Positions 30,520 to 42,534 of a DNA stretch of 64,000 bases are shown here, one piece after another. Below the pieces are notes generated by a model. That model was not told where the DNA came from, did not search any database, and saw only the letters and a program-made list of their open reading frames with translations. How positions within the stretch are numbered: the stretch's first letter is position 1; each line of letters starts with the position of its first letter. The translations under genes were made by a program, and so were the position numbers. Origin of the DNA: Eledone cirrhosa (taxonomy: Eukaryota); the NCBI GenBank assembly GCA_964016885.1, contig OZ024742.1, positions 300,762,001 through 300,826,000 on the forward strand, given 5' to 3'.

Positions 30520-30750
30520 CGTGTATGTGTGTGTGTGTGCGCGAGTGGCCGAACTTTCCCCGGACACATGCAACCTTATGTAATTCTCAGACACTTTCAG
30601 CATGACACAGTGTGCGTGTCAAGGCTAGCCCATTTCATTACGAAAGTGAACGGGAGCAATGTGAAATAATGTGTCTTTCCCTAGGACACAGTGTGCCGCT
30701 GCGAATCAAACTCATGACCTTACCATCACAAGCCAACACCCTAACAGATA
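30520..30750 (-). mobile_element. Degenerate tRNA-SINE family 2 copy
   Basis: Reverse strand reads TTAGGGTGTTGGCTTGTGATGGTAAGGTCATGAGTTTGATTCG...CCTAGGGAAAGACACATTATTTCACATTGCTCC. Confidence 0.55.
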
Positions 30751-30811
30751 AGACATGTTCACATATTACCCATGGAAACAAAACAGATATAAAAATATGA
30801 AAGGTTCTTAC

Positions 30812-30851
30812 GTGACAGCATCATGATGTTGCACAATTGAAAATTCTTTCC
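30812..30851 (-). CDS. MAN2B1: Lysosomal alpha-mannosidase 40-nt exon carrying the Zn-ligand QHHDA motif
   Basis: tttcag/gtaag, phase 1 to 2. (W)KEFSIVQHHDAV(T). Confidence 0.93.
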
Positions 30852-31058
30852 CTGAAAATTTAAATATACATATACATATAAGGCAAAAAATAACATATGT
30901 GTGTATGTATATGCATATGCCATCAGAAAAAGAAATTTAGTTCCAAGACACACATTCGCCATTCGCACACACACACACAAGTATCTACATATAGAGATTT
31001 ATGCATATATATTTGTATGTGTGTGTATTTTATCTCTCTCTTGCTCTCTTTCTTTCTC

Positions 31059-31382
<324 letters not shown>

Positions 31383-31526
31383 TTGGAGCTCTGAAATAGC
31401 AATATATATATGGATGTATATATAATGTATTTTGCAATACACTTTATGCTTAATTAAAAGCATTTTGAAGACCGTAAGCTATTGTTTTAAAGTAGTGACA
31501 AAGTCACTTACTTTGATCTCAGCAAA

Positions 31527-31596
31527 CAGGGGAGATAAGCCGACAAGGCCTTGTTTCGCTTTGGTTGAAGCTTATCAAGGCTAACTACCCCTCCTG
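31527..31596 (-). ncRNA. Type I hammerhead ribozyme, U3-A8 core variant (inverted copy)
   Basis: Reverse complement of 31761-31830. Confidence 0.75.
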
Positions 31597-31760
31597 TCTA
31601 CCGAGATCACTGATGTTATATTACATCCATATATATATTGCTATTTCAGAGCTCCAATTCTAATTTTTAATTTCTGCCTGACCAACAACCGCTCTGCATA
31701 ATCAGCTCCTGATTATTTACTAGATTTCTATAAGAATATAACATCAGTGATCTCGGTAGA

Positions 31761-31830
31761 CAGGAGGGGTAGTTAGCCTTGATAAGCTTCAACCAAAGCG
31801 AAACAAGGCCTTGTCGGCTTATCTCCCCTG
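31761..31830 (+). ncRNA. Type I hammerhead ribozyme, U3-A8 core variant
   Basis: Stem I AGCC, core TTGATAA, stem II GCTT/AAGC, GAAA, palindromic stem III (A)CAAGGCCTTG(T), GTC cleavage triplet, stem I' GGCT. Stem I extends further via CAGG/CCTG. Confidence 0.75.
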
Positions 31831-31943
31831 TTTGCTGAGATCAAAGTAAGTGAATTTGTCACTACTTTAAAACAATAGCTTACGGTCTTCAAAATGCTTT
31901 TAATTAAGCATAAAGTGTATTGCAAAATACATTATATATACAT

Positions 31944-32620
<677 letters not shown>

Positions 32621-32884
32621 AAACTTCCCTAGTACTGATGCCCCCCCCCCCCCCCCCAATGCACTTTGTAGTGTGCAGAAATATATATATATGCATATGG
32701 CCCATATGAGAGGTCAGTAGCTCTTCTTCAGTACAAACTCAGTCTGTGAAGACCTACCCAATCCTTGCTAGCAGGGAAGATGGACATTAAGTGATGATGA
32801 TGATATATATATATATATATTAAAGTGTTAAACAATATTCAATGATTAAATCTTAACCATTTAACATCTCAGGGTATGTCATGT

Positions 32885-32954
32885 ATCATTATATTTTGTC
32901 TGATGAGGACGTACTGTTGTACATCCGAAATATGTATAATAAAATGTAATTGAT
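32885..32954 (+). ncRNA. Type I minimal hammerhead ribozyme
   Basis: Stem I ATTATATTTTGT/ATAAAATGTAAT, CTGATGA, stem II GGACGTAC/GTACATCC, GAAA, quasi-palindromic stem III TATGTA, ATA cleavage triplet. Confidence 0.8.
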
Positions 32955-33000
32955 CAAAAGAACATCTATTTTATTAATACTTATATTTTAATATATATAT

Positions 33001-33034
<34 letters not shown>

Positions 33035-33035
33035 G

Positions 33036-33640
33036 TCAGGTCACCAGTTGGTGCTACTGGTAACATGTATTCCAGTACAACCTGTCTCATGGTCGGGTCA
33101 TTGGCGACTAAACTGGCAACCCCACCAAGGTTTCTTGGTGAGGAGGGTGACTTTGGACATCCTGCAGGACTAAAAACAAAACCTGTCAAAGGGCAAAGGA
33201 GCTCTTAAGAGTCAATGGCCATCCAAAATTACCGGGAGAGATGACCCCTTAGCCTTTGTCAAGGCAGAATTCTAGGAGAAGGAAAACTCTGATATAACAC
33301 CTGCAACCCTGATGGTATCCAATGATGTTGACTTGTTATTCTTTTTGGTAAATATCATCTTGGTTAAGAGAGTGGGACTGGCTTTGTGCAGTGCCTTTGC
33401 TCACTATAAAAGCTTCACGGCACAGGCATTGCTTTCTATCTGGAGATCTCTCTGCACTTGTCGTTACATGGTACCATGGGCCCAGCACTATGTGTCAATA
33501 ATTGTCACAAGTGTAGTGTTTGTACCAGAGCTTACAAGTCGCTGGCTGGACTAAAAAATCACACTCGTTCAGCGCATCGGTAGGGGTTCTCCTACATGGA
33601 TATAAAGTAGTGGCCGTACTCGAAAACGTGTTGGCAGCCA

Positions 33641-33642
<2 letters not shown>
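33036..33642. repeat. Unclassified interspersed repeat between (TA)n tracts, possibly an RTE 5' region
   Basis: Block of higher GC with sharp (TA)n borders and no convincing ORF. Classification is from recall only. Confidence 0.3.
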
Positions 33643-33699
<57 letters not shown>

Positions 33700-33703
33700 T
33701 ATA

Positions 33704-34546
33704 TACATTGGATTCATCTCGAAAGGTCTATTTTCTACGTGCTCATATATTCACCCAGCTTATTCTGATAGAATAACTATGTAGCTTGTGCCTCTTCCTA
33801 TCTACGGTTAGCTTTTCTTTGTTGTTTACTTGTCTCGCTCGCTTTACGCGTTTTAATTGTCCTAATAACTTAATTTAGTTATTATTGCACCAACGTGAGG
33901 TATATGATTTTTAATGCAATGAAATATCTATGATCGTTGGCAAATCACTGATGAGGGACTCATTTTATAACATGTTATCCATGTGCAACCTGCAGTATTC
34001 TTCTCCCCATTTTTTCACATATATTTACCTAAACTGCGATTCTGTTTTTCTCTCTCTCTCTCTCTCTTACTGCGCCCTCGTTCTCTCTGGTTCTCTTACT
34101 TTCTTTCGCCCCCTCTGTCATGTCAGTTAACACTTTCTCTCTACTGACCTCTTCCTCACACTTCCACTCACTCACTCACTGTTTCTCCCCTTCTCACTTC
34201 ACCCCGTTCGTGACGAAAACAATTTCCTTCTTTCTTACATTGGATTCATCTCGAAAGGTCTATTTTCTACGCGCTCATATATTCACCCAGCTTATGCTGA
34301 TAGAATAACTATGAAGCTTGTGCCTCATCCTATCTACGGTTAGCTTTTCTCTTTGTTGTTTACTTGTCTCACTCGCTTTACGCGTTTTAATTATCCTAAT
34401 AACTTAATTTAGTTATTATTGCACCAACGTGAGGTATATGATTTTTAATGCAATGAAATATCTATGATCGTTGGCAAATCACTGATGAGGGACTCATTTT
34501 ATAACATGTTATCCATGTGCAACCTGCAGTATTCTTCTCCTCATTT

Positions 34547-34555
<9 letters not shown>
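33704..34555. mobile_element. (TA)n-flanked partial tandem element: ~320-bp direct repeats, 533-bp period
   Basis: 33704-34024 is nearly identical to 34237-34555. A diverged 3' piece occurs at ~53983-54095. Confidence 0.8.
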
Positions 34556-34611
<56 letters not shown>

Positions 34612-34667
34612 CATACATACACACACACACACATCACACCACTCTCAAGCGTGAAACTAATATTAAC

Positions 34668-34718
34668 ATTTTGTACTACCTCTTCGCTTTCTGGTTGTTG
34701 TTTTTGTTTTCTGTTTCA

Positions 34719-34776
<58 letters not shown>

Positions 34777-34827
34777 TGAAACAGAAAACAAAAACAACAA
34801 CCAGAAAGCGAAGAGGCAGTACAAAAT
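34668..34827. repeat. Palindrome: ~58-bp unique arms around a (TA)n centre
   Basis: ATTTTGTACTACCTCTTCGCTTTCTGG...TCAACTATAA-(TA)n-TTATAGTTGA...CCAGAAAGCGAAGAGGCAGTACAAAAT, 1 mismatch. Confidence 0.92.
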
Positions 34828-35061
34828 ATATATATATAAAACTAGTTTGTATTTTCGTTATTGAAGTGACATTGTGGCAACATGTCTCCGGTCTCAATTT
34901 TAACGTATTATTACTCTGAGCTATAATTTATCGATTTATCGATATCACCTCATTGAGTGCTTTATGCCAGCCTCAGAAGACTGATTTCGAAACATGCTAA
35001 TCACAGCTGAAACTTTAATTTTACTCACTATTATTATTATTATTGTTATTATTATTATCAT

Positions 35062-35255
35062 TAGGGCGGTGGATTGGCAGTATCGGTAGAGGGTTGGACG
35101 CCATGCTTTCCAGCATAGTTACGTCCCTTTATGATATCAGTTCAAATCCCGCCGAGGTTAACTTTGCCTTTCATCCTTACGGGGTCGATAAAATAAAGTA
35201 CCAGTAATACAATGGGATAATTGCTGGCCTTCTGCCAAAAGTAGAAACAATTATT
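35062..35255 (+). mobile_element. tRNA-SINE family 1 copy
   Basis: Near-identical to 29584-29772, embedded in (ATT)n. Confidence 0.88.
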
Positions 35256-35261
35256 ATTGTT

Positions 35262-35306
<45 letters not shown>

Positions 35307-35309
<3 letters not shown>

Positions 35310-36343
35310 AAAGTTTTATTTAAAATTGTTGGGTTACAACGAGTAAATATTTTATAACTGATATAAAGCACTCAACAAGTTTTGGAGTAGATATACGATA
35401 TTAAACAAATGGAAACTATATTTATAAAACCATATTTATTTCATTATACATATTTCAGGGAAAATTTTTTCATTTGAAATAAGAAATTACAGAGCTGATC
35501 ACGTAAGTTCACGTGTATATCTATAGTGTCAACTAGAACTTGAGATGACCTTCTCTTTTTCTTTTTCTCTTTCTTTCTTTTTTCCGGAAAGTACATATAT
35601 ACTTATGTATTTTTGAAGTTTTATCTCAGTTTTTGATATATCGACCTAAGAATTTTTAAACTAAACATATGGTCATTATTTTTCACACATTATATATCTA
35701 TGTCTCATTCATGAATATTGATATTTACATTATAATACCCAATTCATATGAATTGATAATTCAAACTGATAGGACATAACGTAAAGTTATAAATCTGTCA
35801 TCCTTCTCTCTAGATATAACTCTTTCTTCTCCACCCTCTATACATGATGAAATTTAAGTATCGCTGTTTTCTCTTTATTTATTTTTTATTTCTCTCCGTC
35901 TCCTTAACACTATAACTAAATGAATAAATAAATAAATAATTACAGTACTCCCTCCCTCCTTAATCTCTCAATTTGTATGATGAATTATTATTATTATTCA
36001 TCTGTTGCCTCTGCTGCCTCTCATTTTTCACCCCCTCACTATTTCTCTCTCCCATATCTCTCTCTATCTCTCTCTGTTTTTCTTTACATACATTTATTCC
36101 TTCTCTCCGTCTTTCTTTTTAACTGTGCTTAACACTAAATATTTACAAACATCTCACTACCAAACCAACTTTTTTAAATGGAAGTTGAACAATATTTATG
36201 GTACGTCAAATTTATTTATAAAACTGCTTATATATTGTATTTTATCTGAAGAAGGCATGCCATATTTCTAATATGGTATCCCTGAAATATGTATAATGAA
36301 ATAAATATGGTTTTATAAATATAGTTTCCATTTGTTTAATATC

Positions 36344-36348
<5 letters not shown>
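35307..36348. mobile_element. (TA)n-flanked non-coding element with ~70-bp inverted ends and one hammerhead (PLE remnant)
   Basis: ~35390-35460 is the reverse complement of ~36280-36348. The left arm extends ~85 bp further, with the same tail as 31243-31330. Confidence 0.7.
36232..36308 (+). ncRNA. Type I minimal hammerhead ribozyme
   Basis: Stem I ATTTTAT/ATGAAAT, CTGAAGA, long stem II AGG-ATGCCATATT/AATATGGTAT-CCT, GAAA TATGTA TA. Stem III is the same as at 32885. Confidence 0.78.
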
Positions 36349-36390
<42 letters not shown>

Positions 36391-36448
36391 TATATACGAT
36401 AAGACCAAATGACCACTATATACAAACACGATCAAAAGCAAAGAATTG

Positions 36449-36519
<71 letters not shown>

Positions 36520-36554
36520 ACATTAAATTGAAATTAACAGAAATTAATACTTAC

Positions 36555-36615
36555 AAAGATTATCGACTTTCTCACTCTGTCCAAGCTTGGCCAAAACATT
36601 CACCTGTTTACACAC
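36555..36615 (-). CDS. MAN2B1: Lysosomal alpha-mannosidase exon
   Basis: cacag/gtaag, 61 nt, phase 0 to 1. VCKQVNVLAKLGQSEKVDNL. Confidence 0.88.
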
Positions 36616-36792
36616 CTGTGAGAGAGAAGAGAGAGAAAGAGTGAAAGAGAGAGAGGGTGAGAAAGAGTGAAAGAGAGAGTGTGTGTGAGAAAGAGTGAGG
36701 GAGAGAGAGTGTGAAGGAAAAAAGTAATGGCCATGGATTAATATATAGTAAAAGAAAGTTAGGTGTGTTCAACACTTTACATGTGTTATGTG

Positions 36793-37060
36793 AAGGTGGA
36801 TGGCTTAGTTATTAGAGTGTTTGGGTTCGCGATCGTAAGGTCGTAAATTCAATTCTTCTTTGCGTGTTGTACCCCTGAGGAAGACACTTTATTTTATACT
36901 CCTCCAGTCAACACAGCTGGCAAAAATTAGCTGTATCTGTAATACAAAGGTCAGTCATGTCACGCTGAATCTCCCTGAGATCTACGTTAAGATACACATG
37001 TCTATGGAATGTTCAGCCACTTGCACGTTCCATTGGTTGAACCAACTGGAGTGTACATTG
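36793..37060 (+). mobile_element. tRNA-SINE family 2 copy (degenerate)
   Basis: TGGCTTAGTT...GAAGACACTTTATTT...CTCCAGTCAACACAGCTG, similar to 26187. Confidence 0.6.
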
Positions 37061-37497
37061 ACAGAACCAATGGAGGTACAACACACAGCGACATGCATTC
37101 TGCTTCAACTTGGATATCTTGTAGGGCTTTTAATATTACAAATTTATGAAATGGTAAAAAAACATTAGAGTTATCTCCCCTACTTTTCTTGGCTTACTAC
37201 ATCAAATATGCAATAGGCATCTTTGGGTGTTTTCATCATGTCTCTGGCTGTTTACTGTGACACTGCTTTTACCATTTTGTCTGTGGAGTACAACTGAGAT
37301 GTACCACCAGGCCATGGGTATAGAGTTTGCCCCTCAATTCTCCTTCCCCTTTTTTTCATTGTTTAATTTGTCTTCTCTCCTTCTCTTTTTCTCTTTTCCT
37401 ATTCATTACCTTGATCCCATTTTTTTTTTAAATACTTTCATCATTGTATATTTCTTTTAAGTTCACACCACTGTTCATCCACAAAAATATTATATAA

Positions 37498-37675
37498 TTC
37501 TCTAATCAGCTGAGGTGTACAGTAATCCTATATAACTCTCTAGTCATTTAAGATCTACAGTAGCTCTCTAGTCAGCTGAGATCTACAGTAATGTTATATA
37601 GCTCTCTAGTCAGTAGATATGCACTGTATTCATATATAACTTTCTAGTCAGCTGAGATGTACAGTAGCCCTCTTG
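37498..37675. repeat. Degenerate ~30-40-bp minisatellite
   Basis: CTCTCTAGTCAGCTGAGATGTACAGTA repeated ~5 times. Confidence 0.75.
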
Positions 37676-37689
37676 CTATTTCCAGTAGT

Positions 37690-38035
37690 GCATTGTGTCC
37701 TTGAGCAAGACTTTGCCCCAGTCAACTCAGGTGGAGAAACTGAATTGTAGTGATAATTCAATGGTCCATTCTTCATCATCATCATCATCATCATCATCTT
37801 GTCAAACATAAAGGTACACTAATCAGAGGAATGCTTGGCTACTAAGTTATTAATTTCATGAGCAGGCTGTTCCATTGATCAAACTGCTGGGACACTGATC
37901 ATTGGAACTGGTGAATATCTAACAGTGAAGGTATGTGGCTTAGTGGTTAGAGAATTGGATTCACAATCATGAGGTTGCAGGTTTGATTCCCAAAACATTA
38001 TGTCCTTGAGCAAGACACTTTATTTCATGCTGCTC
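37690..38035 (+). mobile_element. Two adjacent tRNA-SINE family 2 remnants
   Basis: TGTCCTTGAGCAAGAC at ~37697 and ~38001. A-box TGGCTTAGTGG at ~37937. Confidence 0.55.
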
Positions 38036-38268
38036 TTTCTGCCAGGAGTTGTGACCTGTTGATAGCATCAGCAAGGGAAAGACCAAAGAAAACATTGTTG
38101 TTTCCTTGGTCAGATTTGATGAGTTGCACCCCATTCGGTAAGTGAGTGAGGTCTGGGAACTTGTTGATCAATCAATCGACCAATCGAAAGTCTAGCGACA
38201 CAACAAATTCTTGTATAGTTTGTGTAATACACGAAGAAACTGGTGTGTGTACCTGTAACATATTGGTG

Positions 38269-38305
<37 letters not shown>

Positions 38306-38361
38306 ATAACACTTGAATGAAGTTTGGCTAGTATCATATGAAAGAAAACTGTTCTACATAC

Positions 38362-38565
38362 CTGTAGCATATTGTTGCTCTCTCTGACATAACGTTTGAA
38401 TGAGGCACGGCTAGTATAATATCCTGTCCAGAAAGCATGACGTTTATGCGCATAAGGGAAAAAATCATCACTTTTCTCTGTCCATGTTCTATTTACTTTG
38501 TTCAAGTTATAGATGTAACAGGCTGGGGTAGAGTAGAGGGCGTGCATTTTCCTTCCATTCTTTTG
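38362..38565 (-). CDS. MAN2B1: Lysosomal alpha-mannosidase exon
   Basis: aacag/gtatg, 204 nt. [23 protein letters not shown]...[31 protein letters not shown] (YSTP, DFFPY and WTGY motifs). Confidence 0.96.
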
Positions 38566-38934
38566 CTGTTGATTTACCAAAGACCACATTCACAGGTAAT
38601 ATGTAAATTAATTTTTTTTTTTTTTGAAATTAGAACTATGAACAAATTATTTTTATTTTGACATTTACAGGAAGCCTAGAATTTAGTAGGGGGTGGGGGA
38701 GTATTATAGTATAGTGATGGAAAACCTTTTTTAGCCTGGTATATTGAAATTAATTTTTTTTTTTAATATTTGGGGGAGTATTGTTGTCCTAATATTGCCA
38801 AAGATTCTTTTCTTAAACATTCTAACTGCATGCCCATAATATCAGAGCTGTAATCTCTCAATTCAGAGAAGTAGTGACTCTCTAATTTCTGAGTTATACA
38901 CTTAATCAAGTAACTCCAAAGACCCTTTGAGGGA

Positions 38935-39330
38935 ATCCCATTTCGGCTGCTTGTATTTGCAGTCATATTCTTTTGGTCATTACCCAAGATTCATGACCAT
39001 AGGTAAGGGTTAGCATGAATACCGAATTGAAGATAGCGAGTTTGGCTCTTACACCTACCTCCCTTCTTCTGATGACAGAATGCTGGCGCTGGCACATTGT
39101 TGTACCAGCTCCTGCAATTCTTGCACTTAATTCAGCCTCCTGCCTGTCATCACTCGTAGACATGGCCCTGAGAAACTTGAACTTCTCTACCTGTTTCCGT
39201 GTAACTCCACTCACATGTTGAGTACACTGTGCAAGCTTCTTTGAGAGGACGAGTGCCTCAGTCTTTGCAGCACTGATTTTGCTTCCTGACATACAGCACT
39301 TGGCAGCAAAGCTATCCAGTGCATGTCAAG
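38935..39330 (-). mobile_element. Old RTE-like LINE fragment (different family)
   Basis: KISAAKTEALV...KQVEKFKFL...RAKLAIFNSVFMLTLTYGHESWVM, the typical post-RT region of RTE ORFs. Confidence 0.75.
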
Positions 39331-39506
39331 TTTTGGCAAAACTTGAGTACCAGTCAACAGAGATACATATAGTAAATCTATCAGTAACTGTATATAGAAA
39401 TTAACTAATTCTTTTTATCTAAATCTGTGGCAAGGTATAATAGTAATATATATGTACATTCATAAAACATATTTAGTACATGTAAATATAATGCATTTAG
39501 TCTTAC

Positions 39507-39623
39507 CTGCTCATTGACAATCTTAATAAGTTTGTCAAGGTTTGTGAACCAACTTTCAGCATTTGTATACTGAAAGTCAGCTCCCATTGTAAAAATGATG
39601 TGATTGGTAGCATAGGAATTGGC
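39507..39623 (-). CDS. MAN2B1: Lysosomal alpha-mannosidase exon with the acid/base Asp (MGADF)
   Basis: ttccag/gtaag, 117 nt. [39 protein letters not shown]. Confidence 0.96.
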
Positions 39624-39643
39624 CTGGAAGGAAAATATATAAC

Positions 39644-39683
<40 letters not shown>

Positions 39684-40239
39684 CATCATCATCACTGTTT
39701 AAAGTCAATTTTTCCATTCTTACATGGGTTAGACAGGTTACCCGTATCCTGAGATAAGTCTGGCCAACTGGCCACGCCATACTGAGACAAAACTGTATTT
39801 TGGCTGGGATTTTTACAAATTGATGCCCTTCCTATCACCAACCATGTATATGGTGTGGAACTGGGTGGCACTGTTATGAGGAGGGTCTAGTCAGTTGGCC
39901 ATGTCACACCCTCTTCACATCGGAGCCATAATTTAGTGAGTGAGAAAAAACTTCAACCAAGTGAGATTATGATGTTTCAAGTATTTTGAAACAATTTAAG
40001 ACAATACAGTTGGAATGAACCTTGTCTAGTCAATGATAAATTTTTCATTACTTAATACCAATTAAATGAAACCTATCATGTACCATTATTAATGTATACA
40101 CTGAGTTCTTATTGCTGGCCAAAGTTTTGCTTATCTACCAATAAATAAGTTTGTTGTAATATATACCTGTTCAACTGCTACGCTATAAAACAAGCTGAAG
40201 ATCTTATCTATTAACAAATACGTCTGTAGTAATATTTAC

Positions 40240-40311
40240 CTGTTCATATGCTGCACTATTAAAAAGCTGCAGATAGTGCTCTGCGTTATATTCAGGAAGA
40301 TCTTTGCGTTC
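40240..40311 (-). CDS. MAN2B1: Lysosomal alpha-mannosidase exon
   Basis: ttgtag/gtaaa, 72 nt, phase 0 to 0. ERKDLPEYNAEHYLQLFNSAAYEQ (PEYNA motif). Confidence 0.88.
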
Positions 40312-40941
40312 CTACAAAATAAAGATTTCTTACATTATGTACAGGGAAAGAAAAGTAGACAATTATACCAATTCCAATATATTGTTGGTACTATATACTA
40401 CTTTTATTTCACTTATTCATACAAATAAACACAATTTATATTTTAAAAAAAGAGAAAAATGTGAGGGAAGGCATGTACACTCAATTACATATCGAAAGGG
40501 CTGCTGGAGTTTCTCTCTGATAATGCTTTAAGCAAGCCAAAACTTCCCCAACCTTGTTGTCAGCAACCTAGTTCCCCCAAACGTCTTGCATACCTAGAAA
40601 ATTTACCGATTTTCCAACCCCCCCTCCCCTATTCCAGCTCCCTTGCTTATTTCAACCAATACCGCACCCCCATCCCGCTTATTCCATTCCCCTATTATTT
40701 GGGGCTTGAGAGTATTATCATTTTTTCAACGTAAGCGTCTGATGTTTCACTTTATAAGAGTAAAGAAGGAAGGCTTCTATGAACACATATTCTACAAGAA
40801 ATCTATGTATGCATAGAGTCTACTAGAAGAATTACACACCAGGGAAAATTGGTTAGTTTTCCAATACCTAATTAGATTGGTCATCCATTTTCACACTATG
40901 CAATGCAATGAAACTAATTGAAAGAAAGTCTAACACAATGT

Positions 40942-41166
40942 TAACTCTTTAGCATTTAAACCGGCCATATCTGGCCAGAATTCACTCACCTCTTACTGTT
41001 CAAACCAGCTGTAACCGGCCACTCATACTGATGTTAAGGTTTTGTTCTCAAAATAATATCAAAATCTCATAGATTTGATATTGTGTGAGATAATTACGTG
41101 AGCTAAAGCCTTTACCATGAAAATATAATAGTAAATATAGAGTAATGCAAATGCTAAAGGATTAAT
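40942..41166. mobile_element. piggyBac-type MITE copy
   Basis: TTAACTCTTTAGCATTTA ... CAAATGCTAAAGGGATTAA. Confidence 0.78.
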
Positions 41167-41209
41167 ATATGATGTAGTGGTGGCTAAATCAATAGAATAG
41201 TGTACTCAC

Positions 41210-41307
41210 CACAATAGGGTCCTGTCGACAGAACTCATCCCAACAGAGTCCACTGGGATAATTGTAGTTGTTGAACATAGCTGCAGTGAACAGATTTGCT
41301 TTCCTTC
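41210..41307 (-). CDS. MAN2B1: Lysosomal alpha-mannosidase exon
   Basis: tcttag/gtgag, 98 nt, phase 1 to 0. GRKANLFTAAMFNNYNYPSGLCWDEFCRQDPIV (LFT and CWDxxC motifs). Confidence 0.93.
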
Positions 41308-41439
41308 CTAAGAACAAATAATAAAGTGAGTAGAAAATAGTTCAGTGAATTGTCAGTGTAGAAAAACATTTAATCAGTCTATAGATTTTTTGTTTTGTCT
41401 ATTGATACACTGAACATCATTGCAGTATAACAGATTAAG

Positions 41440-41603
41440 ACGAGAAGGAAGGGGAGCCACACAAGAAGTCATTGAGGAGGTTACAGAATGTGTGATGAAA
41501 GAGCTTTGACAAACTAACCAATAACTAGTAATAAAGATAAAGTGAAAATTATATTGTACATGGGTTTCTTTTTGTTGGCAATACTGGCAACATGACCATC
41601 CCC
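41440..41603 (+). mobile_element. Old Penelope-like 3' end with decayed hammerhead
   Basis: AGTCA TTGAGGA GGTTACAGAATGTGTGAT GAAA GAGC TT TGAC aligns with the hammerhead at 61106. It ends TGGCAACATGACCATCCCC, like the PLE terminus. Confidence 0.65.
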
Positions 41604-41606
41604 TAG

Positions 41607-42376
41607 AGTTTGTGTATATTGATTTATTATTTTTTAAATCGATACAGGCAGGCTATATTTATTTGAATTAGTTTGTTTCATTCTAGCTAACTTTTGTCTT
41701 TTACAATGCAAACACTTAGGTGTTTATCATATATTAATTTATATTAACTTGTATTGCACGGCTCAGAAATGCTTCTTTCTTTGAGCTAATTAATTGTAAA
41801 TGACTCTTTGAGTGTATACTCTAAATATAATATATTACTGCTCCCTCGGTTGAGCTAATCTTTAATCCCATATAAACGGCTGTTATTTCTAGCGCCATGA
41901 GTATGAGAGAGCTAGTGAGCTGGAAGAACCGAGTGCAAAACCTCGTGTGTTTGTGCTCGTAAACCAGACCTTCAGAATTTTTTCGAGGTGAAGTAACCTA
42001 ATTTTTCTGGGTACCTATTGATAAGCACAGAAAATTGATTATATCACTTTTATACCATCGTTTGCGAAACATTGTTTGGATTTTGAGGTTCAGATTGATC
42101 TGCGGAAAAGGTTTGAATTTTGAAATTTAAATTTGTCTAGGTACCACGGCCAATATGAGTTTGTGTATATTGATTTATTATTTTTTAAATCGATACAGGC
42201 AGGCTATATTTATTTGAATTAGTTTGTTTCATTCTAGCTAACTTTTGTCTTATACAATGCAAACACTTAGGTGTTTATAATATATTAATTTATATTAACT
42301 TGTATTGCATGGCTCAGAAATGCTTCTTTCTTTGAGCTAATTAATTGTAAATGACTCTTTGAGTGTATTACTCTAA

Positions 42377-42386
<10 letters not shown>
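41607..42386. repeat. Partial tandem element: ~230-bp direct repeats, ~549-bp period, ending in (TA)n
   Basis: ~41607-41836 is nearly identical to ~42156-42386. Confidence 0.85.
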
Positions 42387-42441
<55 letters not shown>

Positions 42442-42534
42442 TGTGTTCGTTTGTTTGCCCACCTGTCATGAAAATAAGTAAAAATAGCATACTGAGGTTG
42501 ATTCAATCCAGATCATCCATTTTATAAAATGTGC

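Larger units (their letters stand above)
31377..31952. mobile_element. (TA)n-flanked fold-back element with ~215-bp inverted repeat, probably PLE-derived
   Basis: IR ~31405-31621 / ~31736-31952 (1 mismatch seen) and a second IR 31377-31418 / 31622-31663. Each long arm holds a hammerhead motif. Confidence 0.8.
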
